Positions 34,772 through 48,700 of a stretch of 64,000 bases of DNA are shown in pieces. Numbering within the stretch: the stretch's first letter is position 1; each line of letters begins with the position of its first letter. A model generated the notes under the pieces. That model saw only the letters and a list, made by a program, of their open reading frames with translations, did not search any database and was not told the origin of the DNA. Origin of the DNA: Podarcis cretensis (taxonomy: Eukaryota); contig OX638152.1 of the NCBI GenBank assembly GCA_951804945.1, positions 42,222,001 to 42,286,000 on the forward strand, written 5' to 3'. A program made the translations under genes and the position numbers.

Positions 34772-36679
34772 TTAGAGTCAGGGCCAGCCAAATACATTTT
34801 CTCACCTGAGGCAAATAAGGAAATGGCAGACTCCTGGGAATTGTAGGTTGTTTTCTTAAGAATACAGGAAGTGGGACTGAACAGGGTGGGGGTGACCTCC
34901 CGTGGGGACCTCTTTCTCTCCCCCATTCTTTCATCTCTCCTGCCCAACCTGGCCCATCTTGGGGATAATGGGAAAGGAGTGAGGGGGAGGGAAGTGGGGC
35001 AGTAGCAGTAGTGGCAGCTCCTAAGGTCTGGCCCAAAATGGCCTGCTGCAGTTGTCTGAGAGGGAGGGGTGGGTAGGACAAGGCGAGAGAATGAAAGGGT
35101 TCTGGAAAGGGCTGCTGGTTGGTGACAAGGCTACAAGATGGCTAGAGTTGCTGACAGCTGCTGCTTGGCATGGCAGCATGTTGGGGGCAAACAAAAGACC
35201 ACTGTCCGCTGCTGAGCATGCTGTGAGACTGAGCTGGCAGGGCAGGGAGAGGTAACTGCACAGATCTACTGTTGGAAGTACCAGGGAGCGGGCCAGAACC
35301 ACGGCTGCTCAGTGGAAGTGCTGAGGAGTCAGGAGCCTAAACCAGCTCCATGCCACCAATAAAACAGCCAAAGGAGCCACACACTCAAAGAAAGCACAGA
35401 CACGGAAACTACACACTCAAGGGGGGGGGGACGGCAAAAGGGAAAGAAAAAGAAACAGGAGGCAGTGAATAAAGGACTCATGTGCTCACCACAATATTGT
35501 GAAGTAATCAGGGAGAGTAAAGTTAATTCGGTCCACTCCAGGTGGTGACAGTAGTTGCTATCTTCTCCATTCATGTGCTGCCATGGGCCTTCCCAGACCC
35601 ACCCTGCCTTCCTTGAAGGCTGCTGAAACGCTTCCTCCTCAGCTGCCAGCTTGCTTTCCTGGGTGAAGAAAGCTGATGTAATACTGGCTTCCACACCTTT
35701 ATCCTACGGCTTTCCCCAGCCCTAATTGTCTAGGGAAACTGTGTCTATGTTTAAGGCTGTTGTGGTATTGAGAATTGCTGTTGAGCTGTTGCAGCATTTT
35801 GGGGTGCTACTGTGACAGTCCTGCAAGAAACCAAGCACGCACATGACAGTGTGGGATTAGACATCCTTAAAGTGATTTTGTTTGGAGGCTGAAATTGAAG
35901 CATCTCTGCAGCTGAAATGGTTATTCCTTTTATGGAAAGTCTTGAGCTGCAAATAAAAGCAGTGCTTGCTTAGCATTCTTAGGAAATGAGAGATCCTACC
36001 AAAGCCCATTTGTAGCTCTTGGAGATTTTTGGGCTTCAAAACAAGCCCACTGCAAGGCAGAAGAGGTTTTGGCTTTCCACATGGCTGACTGAAAGACTTA
36101 GGACTTGTGAGGAGCAGCTAACATATTTAATGAGGCTCAGTGTTCTTCTATGCAGGGTGAATTGATTCAGACCAAAGTGATTTAAATCAGCAAGATATAA
36201 GGCTAATTATCATTGATTTTAAATTGAGTTTCCTGTTGATGCTACTTCATATACTTCCTAAACTGGGCCTCAGAACTGGCCACTATGCAGTGTTAATTTA
36301 CAACTAGAGAATTATTTACACTGTTTCATTCTTAGAACAGCGGCTTAGCATTTTTTACACTGTACACATCTTGTATGTGAAAGATCATATCGTGGCTGAC
36401 ATTATTAGGTCCAGTAATAGTGTTGCCTGAGTAGATAGGTGGACATATCTGTGCTTGCTCCAGGGTCTGATCCCTATATTTGTGTCTATTGTAGCTGGGA
36501 AGCAGCTGTTTTAGGGTGGGGTGGGGGCTGTCTCTAAGAAAATGCTTCCCTACCACCAAAGGCCTGGGTGAAGAAGATATAATTACCCAGGATAAGCTGT
36601 TGATCATTGATACATTGGGGTGATTTAGATGGACAACAAATGGCTCTGTCACTTTCTCTTCTAGGGCTGTCCCGTAATA

Positions 36680-36920
36680 CAGTGGTACCTCTAGTTAGGA
36701 ACTTAATTTGTTCTGGAGGTCTGTTCTTAACCTGAAACTGTTCTTAACTAGAGGCGTGCTTTCGCTAATGGGGCCTCTTGCTGCTGCTGTGCTGCCAGCA
36801 CATGATTTCCGTTCTCATCCTGGGGCAAAGTTCTCAATTCAAGGTAACTCTTCCAGGTTAGCGGAGTTTGTAACCTCAAGCATTTGTAACCTGAGGCATT
36901 TGTAACTTGAGGTACCACTG
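36680..36920. mobile_element. MITE family A (variant subfamily)
   Basis: TA|CAGTGGTACCTC ... GAGGTACCACTG|TA; body colinear with the 8670 copy. Confidence 0.9.
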
Positions 36921-38271
36921 TAGGTTGTTCCTGAGTTATCAGTCAGTTCTTCTTGTCCTGATGTAAATCCCTAACTTGTGAGTGAGTCTTTGTCAGTCAG
37001 AAACAGATGCAGTTCTGCCATGGCTGCAGACAATAGATTATGTAGGGTATGCTTAGTGCCGTGTATGTTGTCTTGCTCCCTGTCTCTCCAGCAGCAGCTC
37101 TAGATGCTTGACACCAGTGAACACTGAGATGGGAAATAAGGGTTGCATTTCTTTTGTGTCTTCCATTTGGAATACTTGAAACCCCAAAATGTGGGTGTCA
37201 TTCTTACAATGAAAGCTCAAGGGCTGTAGGGGGCAGAGATCTCTCCCACTCCATGCTGTTGTCTTTCATATATATTTACATGATCATGCATCAAAAACAC
37301 AAGCATTGTGAAATGATTCAAATTGCAACACTGCTGAAATTCAATAGATGATACTTTCGTGTCTATAGGATTCCAGGATGTTTTGTTTACTATGAATAAA
37401 AGAGAAGCAGGAGAAATTCTTTGATTGCTATTTATAGAAGAAAAGCAAAAGGCATACTTTGTAATTTGATTCAAAGTTGCAGTTTTGAACTTCCTCTTCT
37501 GTTAACATTAAATAATCACTTAAGTCCACAACTTATCACAGCAATGAAAATGTTAATAGCATTAGCTGATGAGAGATGTCTAAAACATTAAAATGCTGCA
37601 AAGGAAACAAACCCTTTGGTGACATGCCTCTTTAACCAAAATGGTTAAAACCTTCAGAATATCCAGACACCAGAATATCGCCAGAATTGGTGTCTCTCTT
37701 TTCAGTCATGGACAGGCAGCTCATTTCAAATTACTTCTGTTTCTGAAACAAGACACACCATTTCATCTGCAAACTAGATGAGGTGGTAATTGGACTCTTT
37801 TAAATTCTTGACTCAGTTTTGTTAACTCTTCTAAAGTGGAGCTGTACATAGTGCAGATGAAAGGGAGGATCAAGGAAATCATGTTTGTGGAAAGAACAAG
37901 AATTCTTAAATTGTGGCTGACAGTATTCACAATCCCAGATGGCATCCAATGACAAGTCAAATATGGATGTAGTGAAGAGGAGCAATGTCCCAAAGGCCAT
38001 CCATTGCATTTCACAACTAAACAAGGATTTGATCTTGCCTTCCGCCATTTCAGCCCACTGCGCACTCTCCTAATTCACTGACAAACATTTCCACCTTAAA
38101 CATTCCAATATACCATCAATTAAACGGCAAACAATAGTGTCCTTTTTACTTTCCTGCCTCCCCACGGCTCCCTTTATGTATATGTGTGTGTGTGTGTGTA
38201 TTACTTACTCTCTCTCTCTCTCTCTCTCTCTCTTGCAATTTTAACTTACAATCCTTTGTTTCCCCCCCTAG

Positions 38272-38649
38272 TTTCCTGCCACGGGCGTATTGTGAAGGTG
38301 CCTGCAGGTCCTCTAGTGCGAGTTGAGAGCACAGAGGTGGTGATTCCATGCAACGTTAGTCAATATGAAGGACCCAGCGAGCAGAACTTTGACTGGGAGT
38401 TCTCTAGAATCTCTGCTCCGGACTCTAGATTTGTACAAGTAGTGAGTACTTGGGACCCTTGGTTCACGTCTCAGGAGTATAAAGATCGGGTTGACGGTAA
38501 AGAGATCACATTGAGGCGAAACAGCAACAACTCTGTGGAACTCGTGATTGGAAACATCCGCCCCACTGACCAAGGGATGTACCGATGCACAACGCCCAGC
38601 ACAGATTCTGTCGTTCAGGGAAATTACAATGCTGTAGTCGAAGTCAAAG
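38272..38649 (+). CDS. PTGFRN: PTGFRN exon 2, Ig V-type domain 1 (378 nt)
   Basis: Pyrimidine tract + TAG acceptor at 38269-38271; donor G|GTACTT. Encodes GRIVKVPAGPLVRV...VIPCNVSQYEGPSEQNFDWEF...DQGMYRCTTPSTDSVVQGNY, the EWI-family/PTGFRN domain 1 signature. Confidence 0.97.
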
Positions 38650-39261
38650 GTACTTCTAAAGGGTGAGGGGTATTTACAATTGGTATTGGGTCTTAGTGTA
38701 ATTTTGCAAGCGATATGTGAAATGGCTGGAGTAGATGCAATCTAGCCAAATACACCTTTGTATAACCTGAAGGTAGACAGTGCCCCATGTCCCATTGGTG
38801 CCATAGCACTGTCCTGTGTTTGCTTAATCGAAGCAGTGGGTTGGTGACTATCTCAACAGGATCACTTGAATTTATAAAACAAAGCAAAATGCTCAGAATA
38901 GCTCCTGTTATATTCCAGTCTCCCCCACCCTTCTTCGCTGACATTTGTTTCTAAACAAAGCATACTGGAAGGGGAAGTTTCTCTGCTAATAGATTTACTT
39001 GAAGAGGTAATTGTGGGTGGAGGTCTTTCTGAAGCTGAATAATTGATTGAGTTCAGGGAGAAAGTGTGGTGTGTGAAAACACTTTTTTGCTCATGTTTTC
39101 CAATGTGAGTGATTTGTTTTGGCTCAGCGTACTTATTATGCTGCATAATTAGTCATCTCTTTCATGACAATCTACCACAGCTTGACTCTGTTTCATCGTT
39201 GCTTTATGTAAAGCCATTTATTATAACCCACACGCTTGATAACTTTCTTTTCTCCGAATAG

Positions 39262-39681
39262 TGATTGCGGATGGCTTAACCGTTGGTAGGTCAACAGCCC
39301 GCTCCACATCTACTTGGAACTTATCGGAAGGAGATGCGTTTCAGTTGCGCTGCTCAGCGTCCACCAATTCTTCAGAACACACACATCTGCACGTGTCTTG
39401 GGAATTCAGAAACGGGTTTGCCTGGCAAGAAATTCTCTCCTTGACACATGAGGGCAAGTTCCAGCCTGGTTCAGAGTATAACGAGCGCTATATCAGTGGA
39501 GATGTGCGTTTAGATGCCATGGCCAATGACATTTACCGCTTGTCTGTGTCCCAAGCTCTTCCAACAGATGAAGGTGCCTATAGGTGTCGAGTGAGTGAAT
39601 GGGTTAAAGGTGCAGATGCTTCATGGCAGAAGATCCAAGAGAAGGCTGTGGATATAGCAAATGTTGTGGTGCAGCCAACAG
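39262..39681 (+). CDS. PTGFRN: PTGFRN exon 3, Ig V-type domain 2 (420 nt)
   Basis: Acceptor tttcttttctccgaatag, donor G|GTGAGC. Encodes LSEGDAFQLRC...HTHLHVSW...DEGAYRCRVSEWVKG (EWI-like motif as EWV)...WQKIQEKAV. Confidence 0.97.
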
Positions 39682-40988
39682 GTGAGCATGCAGATTCATG
39701 AAATGATGTTGCCTGTATCAGCATCTATGCTGTAACACCATTGTGGCCGTGGGACAGAATGTGCAGGCCACCAACATTTGGTATAAAGCCATAGTGGCTT
39801 CCCCCTTAAGTATCTCAGCACAGTATATAACATAGTAACAGTGTATACTTTCCTCAGTACATGTGTTAGATACGTTGTGAAGGCACAGCAAATAAGAACT
39901 TAGATAGTTGTATTTTCTTTGAATACCTACTGCATAGGTGTGTTTGGAATCTATTTAAAACCTAGGCTTCATAACAGAGGACTCTTTTCTTTTTCAGTAG
40001 TTTGTATAGGATATTTGTGTAAAAGGTCTTGTTACCTGGCTTTGGGGATTGCCTAGGGCTAAAGGAGAATTTAAATCTACAGTTGTTTTAAGTTCGCAAC
40101 TTTCGCCCCAATAGCTTAGCTACTAGACAGTAGTCTTTAAATGACTGTTCCCCTTCCTTTGTTTAAATATACCTGTGTGCAATGCATGTGCTTTGAAGGA
40201 TCATGCCAGGCTGCAAAATGTATACAGTGGTAATTTTGGAGAAGGAAGAATAAGCAAGTTGGCTTCTTGGCGGCAAAATGAAATTATATGTTTTTGCAAG
40301 TATGCTCATACTGGACTTGCAATCCTTTAATCACCACACAGAGAATTTGAAAATGCCACAACAATCATTCAGATGTGGTTCAGTTCTTCATAGTAGTTAG
40401 CTTGTAAAATCTGATTTGTACTCCTTTGGGAGTGTGTCTTGGCTTTAGGTGTATTCATTATGAGAAACAACATCTCTGTGATGGTGAGAGACCCCCTTGA
40501 TCTTCCCTGTGCTTGAAGTTATAATGCTTGTTATGTTGGAGTAGGTAGGCATGTGAGGTGTTTTCCCCCCGGGAGGATTAATTGTACATAGCAAAATGTA
40601 GAGCCACTTGGAACACCTTCTGTTGGAACGATGTCATATCTAGACGTAAATTGTGTGAAGCTGGATTGACAGTGAATTTGATTAGAAAAATTTGTTGTGT
40701 CCTTGCATTTCCATGCACAAGGCAAAGCTAGCCGGTTTTTTATTCTAAGAAAACTGAAATTGCACAATGATTTGCTTCAGAACATAGAATTAGATAAGTC
40801 GTGAAACTTGGGGGGAAAAGCTCACTGCCTGTTTTTCTATAGTTCAGCAATAATATATGTGAGCTTTGCCTGTAAATATGTAGGCCACTAATTAAAAAAG
40901 CAGGCAGTAGAAGCCAACAGTTATGCTACCTGCTGTATTAAAGAGTTGAAAATAACACTTTTTTGTCTTGCTTCCCTCCTGCCAAAAG

Positions 40989-41372
40989 CTTTAGGTGTGT
41001 TCATCACCAGAAGCAATGTATCTGTGACAGAGGGGGACTCCCTTGACCTTACCTGCAACTTCACAACAGACAGAAGTGGTATTTTCCAAGCAGAGGTCAG
41101 GTGGTACTTCAGTGAATCACCTGATAGCACCATGGCAGAAGCTCAGGTTTTGCTAAGTGCAGACCGTGATTCTGTTGTTAGTGATTCTACCCTCATCAGC
41201 CTCAGCCATGTGGATCGGAGTTCTTACCACCTATTGGTACGTGATGTGAGCACTGAAGATTCTGGTTACTACTACTGCCAAGCAACTCTCTGGGTGCCAC
41301 AGCACAATGGTAGCTGGCACAAGGTAGCAGAGAGGACATCTGTGCCTGTCACGGTGGAGGTGTTGGCATTAG
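40989..41372 (+). CDS. PTGFRN: PTGFRN exon 4, Ig V-type domain 3 (384 nt; alternative acceptor would start at 40995)
   Basis: Pyrimidine tract then AAG|CTTTAG|; donor G|GTGAGT. Encodes NVSVTEGDSLDLTCNFTTDR...EVRWYFS...LSHVDRSSYHLLVRDVSTEDSGYYYC...SWHKVAE. Confidence 0.95.
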
Positions 41373-41427
41373 GTGAGTAGCTGGGTGGTGATGCTATAAA
41401 GTTGATGGATAATTTTTCTTGTGTAAT

Positions 41428-41562
41428 GATAGGGAACCTGTGGCCCTCCAGAGGCGGTGTGCTTTGAACTTGCATCAGTCCCTGCCAGTATGACCCAGTG
41501 GCAAAGTGATAATGGCAGCTGTAGTCCCAACAACCTTTGGAGGTCCACAAGTTTTCTATCCT
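41428..41562. mobile_element. Short palindromic MITE, 55 bp downstream of the exon 4 donor
   Basis: GATAGGGAACCTGTGGCCCTCCA ... TGGAGGTCCACAAGTTTTCTATC inverted ends; similar to the ~27352-27486 copy. Confidence 0.7.
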
Positions 41563-43147
41563 GGGTTTATACCACAATATGGAAGTGAACAGAAAATGGC
41601 ATTCAATAGGAGTGATCCCTCCTGCCCTGGACTCTGTGTTGGAAGAAAATTATGTAGTTCTTAAAAATGCTAAACCCTTTTAAGACTTACCAGTTCATGC
41701 TCAATGGTGGTGTGTCCAACATGGACTCTTAACTATACCAGCCATCCTGGGCTTTTTTCATGACTAGCCATGGATGCCTTTTTGTGTCTAATGTGTCAGT
41801 CCTGAGAAAACATTTTTAAATGAAATGTTTGTTCTAATCAAATGTGGCTCTTTAACTTGACTTAAAAGAACACAAAGATGCAATAGTCTTAATATTTAAA
41901 GTGATCCCTGTCTTGGAAGAGAGAGGGGACATTCAAAAGCTTTCAACAAGCCCAAAGGTGGTGTTGGTGGGATATATAAGCTGGAAATCCCCGCAGGACC
42001 TGCCATGACATAAAACAGACTTATGCGGTGCTGGTTGTTGTTAAGTCTCGGTCTTCTTTAGCAGCCTGCCTGAAAATACATGGGCTGCCATCCTCTGTAG
42101 CAATGTAATTTTTCCCATTAGTCATCCAAAGAGAAAATTCAAAATTGTTCAGTTTTTTTAGCTGGAAATGTTCCGTACTGTTTTAAGTTCTTCTTTTAAA
42201 AAAACCAAAATAAAATGTGTTTGCTCCAAAGACAAGTGACAGGAAGAGAAACAACTGATAAATAAAAATATAGTCAAATGCACACTTGTTCTGAAGGCCA
42301 CATCTATAGTTTCTATCAGGAAGATAGTATCGTTTGGCAAAGCTGCATAGTAGAATCTGGTCTCAGGTAGTCCAGCGACTCATCTAGACACCTTCTTGTG
42401 CTCTGATTTGTTGTTCTTGAGTGTGGCTTGGACGACTGGACTAATCCCACAGTCACTACTATAATGGTTCTTTCAGACCCATTGGCAGATCTGCCAGATT
42501 TCCTTGGGGAAATCCTAAGAATAATATAGATCCCTTTCTATTATTTAATGGACATTAAATCATATGGAAAGATTAGGAGGTGAACCAGAAGTTTGTCTAG
42601 ACAAAAACAGTGTTTTTCACTTTTCCTTACCCCAATATTCTGCTTTGACTTTATGGAGAACTGTGTTTTCACTAACTCTGTTTTCCTGGCTGAACTCTTA
42701 AGCTACTGGGATCTGCTTTTTATGCAGATGTTCTAGGAAATGAGCATCCAGGCAGGAGAGATATGGAAAACTGAAACCCTAGCACAAATTTCTAAAGAAC
42801 CATGTTGTTCTGTAGAGTTTGCCTTGACGTGTCAGCATCTCTTAGAGGATAATTTAAAAAATCAAGTTTCTGGCTTTTGACTTTGCAATTAGGAGCCAGA
42901 TGATTCTTGACAGCCTTTCAAGCAGTGGGAGCAAGCATTTCTACTTATACTCTGCTGAAATTCAAGCATTGTGCATATACACTTCTGAATGCTATCGTAG
43001 CACAATCGGAGATCTGGTTGATGGTAACCCAGTCCTGACAGCCACAGCATCTCTTGTACTTCAGAGAGCCAAGACAGCTGAAAATCCACTTCTGCAGTAT
43101 TTGTGCAATCCAATTTTAAACATGTTTATCTGCAAGTAAATCTCTTT

Positions 43148-43394
43148 GGCTGCGTTACCGTTTAATAGCAAGCCCAAGAGTATAAGCTGATAACAAATAA
43201 TGGTGTAAGCCCGGCTAGTGATGTTGGTTTGTTTGGGCAATGCAAACCACAACCTTGGATTTGGATGAAACTAAGCCAGCTGCCTTTTTATTATTTGTTT
43301 CTCTGCTCTCAAGGACTAGAATAGTCCTTGTGCACTACCTAGCATGGTTTATGAAACTTCAGTTAGTATTTAGCGCTATGTGTAAATGCAGCCA
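43148..43394. mobile_element. Old MITE-like element (possibly PIF/Harbinger-like)
   Basis: Ends TGGCTGCGTTA ... TAAATGCAGCCA; internal AAACCA/TGGTTT motifs. A similar decayed element may lie at ~44248-44606 (GGGCTGGTT ... AACCCAGCCC). Confidence 0.4.
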
Positions 43395-45361
43395 TTGAGT
43401 TCAATAGGCTGATAGGTTAGTTTAGAATTATAGCCTTAGAAGAAGGAGAATAAGCTGTGCAAGTTTTGAAAGGAAAGGAAAGGAAATCTCAAGATGGCCT
43501 AATGATTTCCATCCTGCTTGCTGTAGGCCTAATTATGATAGAGAGCTTGTCTCTTATTCTTCTCATCCAACAGACATCCCACGGAATGCAACTAAACAGA
43601 GAGGTGCCACTGATTCTGTACACTCAGTGTACTTCTGTTACCAATATTATCTGGAAAGCATCCATAGCTTTAAAAGCTGCCTTGAATAGGGTGCCTCTTT
43701 TCTGCATTGAAAGTATTCGGTTGGTCACTGGGAATTTCTTCGCCTTTGCATCCCAAATTAGTAATTATTTTGATGCAGGTTAAGGGGGAGGAGCAAAATG
43801 TTTTTCAAATGATCTTACATTGCCTGCGGGTGGGAAAAGCAGGAGAGGAATTCTCATCTGTAGTACATAAACTGCATCCAAAATTCAACAGCAGCCCCCT
43901 CCTACTTGATTGAAGTTTGAGAGCTTGGCAGGGTATTAAGTCGTTGAACTGTCAGCAAGGCTGTTCTTTGACAGCTGACAAGAGTGCAGGAATGAGGCTT
44001 ATCCAGCAAGCCTTTTATTCCTTCCTGCTAAATCCTCTGTCTGAGAGTCAGTGTGAAGAGACTAGCTGGAGCACTCCTGTCAAAGCCAAAACTTGCCCCA
44101 GCCATCCTATTCCCTATAGGTCTTCCAAATGCTGGATATGATTAGCTGACATCCCATTTACCTTCAACTTTCTTCTATTTCCTAATGAGGACATGAAAAT
44201 GTTGTTGGTGCTTCTGTTTGGAAGCAAGCTGCTCCAGTGAATTATGTGGGCTGGTTCAGATTATCATATACCATTATGCTGAGCCACGAACAAGCCTTTT
44301 GGCCGCACATGAGCAGCTCTTTTGCTCCTCCCTTCCCGCTAACAAACCAGGGAGACGTTGATTAACTATTGCTTCCTGTATTAGCCAAACCAGGAAATTA
44401 ATTGTTGTGAAACAAGTAAGGGTATCAATCCAACTTCAAACTAAGTTTTCATATCCTGGCTTGTTCAGAAACTGTTAACAATAGTTTCCTTGTTTGGACA
44501 AAATAGTAAACTGTAGCAAAGTGGGGAGCAAGGGAACTGTGTGTGCATCCATAAGCCTCATTCAGATCTTGACATTAAGGTGAAGTATGATTGGCCAACC
44601 CAGCCCTTTTTGTGGCTCATTAACTAGCTTTCCCTCCATGACCTTTATAAATATTGGTAGTGCATTGTATTCCTTCTTTTATGGGATCCTAAATATGGTT
44701 GCTAAGAGCAGAAAGTAGGCCCTTCATAGTTCTTTCAGACTTGTGATTATGAAACTGTAAGAAATTGTATTTAAAAAAACACACAGTAAAGTTAACTTCA
44801 AGGGTATATTCAGTTTCTAGCACTGGCATTCAACACCAGGAACAAGTAAATGTGGGATGCTCTCCAATATTGGCTTGCTCTAGTGCCAGCTTTCCTCTGC
44901 CAAGGTCGCTGAAGTGGGCAATAAAATGAATGGTAAAGCAGTGTACAGAAACCTGACACGCTCTTGGCATGCCCTTCCAAAATGGGGAGCATGTTCATTA
45001 AAATGAAACATTTCCCTGAGAGGCAGACTTTGCAATTGCAATGCAGTGTTCTGTAATCAGAATGTTGTATTATGAAATTCCTACAGTATAGTGTGACTTA
45101 CTAAATGTTGGCTTTAGAATCTGCCTTTTGTTTGACTTGGGGCTGCATGCCATGAAGATACTCCATTTCTGGGAATTACATGGTCCACTGTCACCAGCTA
45201 AGTAGTAAATGCCCCATCCTATGCCATGACTTGCAAGATGCCAAAAGAATGTTGCCGTTCTGAAATGATAAATGTGAAAATGTAGCCTGTATTCTGAATT
45301 GGTCTTTATTTCATACTTTTGTTTCCTTGTCTGTCTCCCTGCTTTTCAAAATGCTCTGCAG

Positions 45362-45787
45362 AGCCAACTTACCATGTGTTTCTGAATGTGACTAAAACAC
45401 CTAAGTATGCAGAAGATCCCACAGAATTGGAATGTAGGATCACAGAGGTGCAGAACACTGAAACAAATGTGCGTTTCACTGTCTCATGGTACTACCGATT
45501 ACCTATGCGCAGTGATGAAGTAGTGAAAGATGAACTTCTTGCCACCATGGATGCAGACTGGACGCTGGTAGTTGGGGACAGAAGCAAACAACGGGCCCAG
45601 AATGGGGAAATTATTTTCTCTAAACCAACTGTGGACACCTTCCGCTTACGAATCCAGTGGACCTTTGAAGCAGACAGAGGAGATTATTATTGTGTAATTT
45701 CTTCATGGAGCAGGCAACGCAATAACAGCTGGATAAAGATCAAGGATGTGGCTTCTGTGCCTGTAAGCATTTTATGGTCTACACAAG
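45362..45787 (+). CDS. PTGFRN: PTGFRN exon 5, Ig V-type domain 4 (426 nt); gene continues past the window
   Basis: CAG acceptor at 45359-45361, donor G|GTAGGG. Encodes EPTYHVFLN...DPTELECR...NVRFTVSWYYR...DRGDYYCVISSWSRQRNNSWIK. No stop codon, TM segment or further Ig exon seen in the ORF track downstream. Confidence 0.97.
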
Positions 45788-48700
45788 GTAGGGATCTTGT
45801 ACAGCCTGACTTTAAAAACTTGTGATGCAAATTGTTGGTGACTCAGTGGCTTGCCTTTAGAGACTCCGAGATGGAAAATTTCTAAAGGGTTTTGATAGAT
45901 GTATATACATCTGCCATTGCCATCTTTGGATGGGAAAGTGGATGAAAGTGGCTAATGATGAGATCAAAGAGCACAGTACCATTTAGGAATGTTCAGCACA
46001 ATCAACAATAATTCCAAGCTAAGGTTGCTAAGAGTCCTGTGCTAGAAATATTTTAGGGCAGCGTACACAGGGCTACTAGTGCATCGGGGCTTCCCCGCTT
46101 TCCTGTCCAGCTCCCTCCACTCCCCCCCCCCAATTGACTTGGAGGCATCAGGAGAACACCCAGAACAATGTGTGGAGGGAGAAGGGGGAAAATCATTCCA
46201 TCCAGCAAGCACTCTGGCAATGTTGAATTCCTCCCACAGGGTGTTATTCAACTAAAATTTCCTCAGAGTGGTCCCACTGAAATGAATGAACATGGCTAGG
46301 TTAGGTCAAATAATTTTAGTAAGTCTGCTTTTAGTAAAGCTTAGTTGAATATCACCCACACCATCACAAACTCTTGTCCAAACTCCTCCTGGCAATGTAC
46401 CAGGAAGCAGCTTGAAATGTATGCGAAGGTGGAGTTCTGAGGAAATAGCAGCTGCAGGGGACTAGTGCAAGGAGTTGTGCAAGAGATTGAAGGTTTATCT
46501 GGAATTCTTAGAGTTCATCAGACGCAGACTACACAGTCAGGATATTTTTTCACACCCAGGCAACAAGAGAAAAATTTAAAAAATGATATTACGTTTGTTT
46601 TGTTTAGAACGATTTACAGACCATTTGATCACAACTCTCTACTCTTAAGTGGATGTGGGAGGTGGGGACATGGAAGATGGACCACGATGCTGGTTGTCAC
46701 GGTGGCCTGGGATATCCAGCCCCCTCGGCATCATGATTAGAATGAAGGAAATCAAGTAATTGACTTGGATCATTATCAGATTCCTGTTCTTTTAATAGAG
46801 TAAACTAACAGCTGTTTTTGGTTAGAGCTTTTATCTGATGTAAAGTTGTGTCTAGACAGCAGCCAACAGTCCTGATTGGGCACTCCTGCACATAACTTAA
46901 CTTGAGTGTGGGAAACATGCTTTAAAAAGGCAAGCTGCCCTTTTCCTTGGAACACCTTGTGTTCATTGCCTGTAGAAAGCACAAGCAGAAACTTGCATTA
47001 GTTCCCGAAAGCCCTGTGATATTCCAGAACAGACCAAAGTAGCCTCGAAGTCTGGGCTGTAAAGGGTGGAAGAAACAGAAACAGCATTTCCAAATCCACA
47101 TGCCTCAGAGCTGTCAACAGTCACCTTCATGAAGATTTTTCAGAATGTAATTATTTGTCGGCGGCAGCTACAATACTGTGTCATACGCTGCGCTAAGGGC
47201 TGACTTGAAAGTTCATGAGATCAATGGCTTCAGTTCTTGTTGAATGCCCGGGACAAGTTGCTACTTCTGAACCAGAGTTTTCCTGTCTCCATTTTTACAT
47301 GCGGGGATCTGCTACAAGGTGTTTGTAAGAATGAAAACACCATGGTGAATCAGAGTTGCTGTGTTCTTTTTCTGTCAACTTGCTTTGAGTATGTGTTTAC
47401 TGAACCAGTCGAGAAGCAGTTTTGCCATGAGGCTAGATAGTGTACAGTATGCTGCACCAGGTATCCAATTAAAGCACTGAATCTGGGCTTCGAGTGTTCA
47501 ATTGAAACAATTCGTGCTAGTATTCCTTTTTGAGTAATGGTCTCAGCAATACAAAGGCAAGGCTTTGGTGGTACTTGGGACAGTTCTGTGTGTGGCCCAG
47601 GCTGGAGGCTGTATTCAGCAGCAGTCATCCCCAGACTAGGTCTCAGAGCTGCAGTTTATCAGAGTTGCTAGCTCTGTCTTTCATGGGAGAAGCCCCTTCA
47701 TTTAAACGGACTCTGCTTGCTTTATCTCTGGCAGAGCAGGCAAGGCTGTGCTTCTTCTAAGGCTTCTGAGCTGGAGTTCTCAGAGGAAGGCAATGCAGCA
47801 CCCAGCAGCTGGAGAGGGACTGACACAATGGGCTCCTCTTTTTCCAAGTGTAAATTTGAGGCTGACCATCTTCCACCCTGAGTTCCTGGTCTCATCCCCT
47901 GGAGAAGGATGTCATGATCCCAGTGTCAGGGCAGACAGGCTCATTGTCAAAGCACTGCATTACAAGAAAGGAGAGAAAAAAATACCCCTGTGTTTTCTAT
48001 TAACAGTGCAAAATAAGCACATTTTTTGTACAATTTCCCTTATTCTGCAAATTTCATTAGTTTACATAATTTTATTTTGGTTTCTTTTAATGATGTGGTG
48101 CAAAGAGGTATCCAGAGCACTGAAGCCCCACTGCCAACCAGGAGGGTTTTTTTTTTTACAGCATTTACAAGCCACCCTATAATAAATATTCTTGGCATTT
48201 ACATAATTAAAATACAATAAATAAAAACTTAAGCTTTGTGCTTAAATTAGTCATACAATGCAGTACTATAAAAGTATGGGAGGAGGTAAAAATCAAGACC
48301 GTAAAACAAAAGCTAAAAGAGCAAAGAATGAAACCGAAAATCTAAAACAGATTTAAAAGGCTGCAGCAACCTTAAAAGGCCTGGGGGAAAACTTAATCTG
48401 GCACCAGAAAATCTGAACTAGTTTCTGCTGTGCCGTTCAGTGGTTGAGGCATGCTTTTCAAGATAGGTATCTTCCATTCTTCCTCTTGCTTGGTAATGAA
48501 AAGTTAACTAACTGATAAAGAAGGGACCAAGTCAGCAGGGAAATCCTGGCTTTGTGTCTAAGAGTGTCACATAGTGAATGGACAGCTTGCAGCTCAGTGC
48601 AGTTCAGTGCAAAAGGAATAAATTAGTGGATCAGGAGGAAAGATCTGTGGCTCACTTAATTTATAGTCACGCAGTGATTATTTTAGTAACTAGATGCTTA

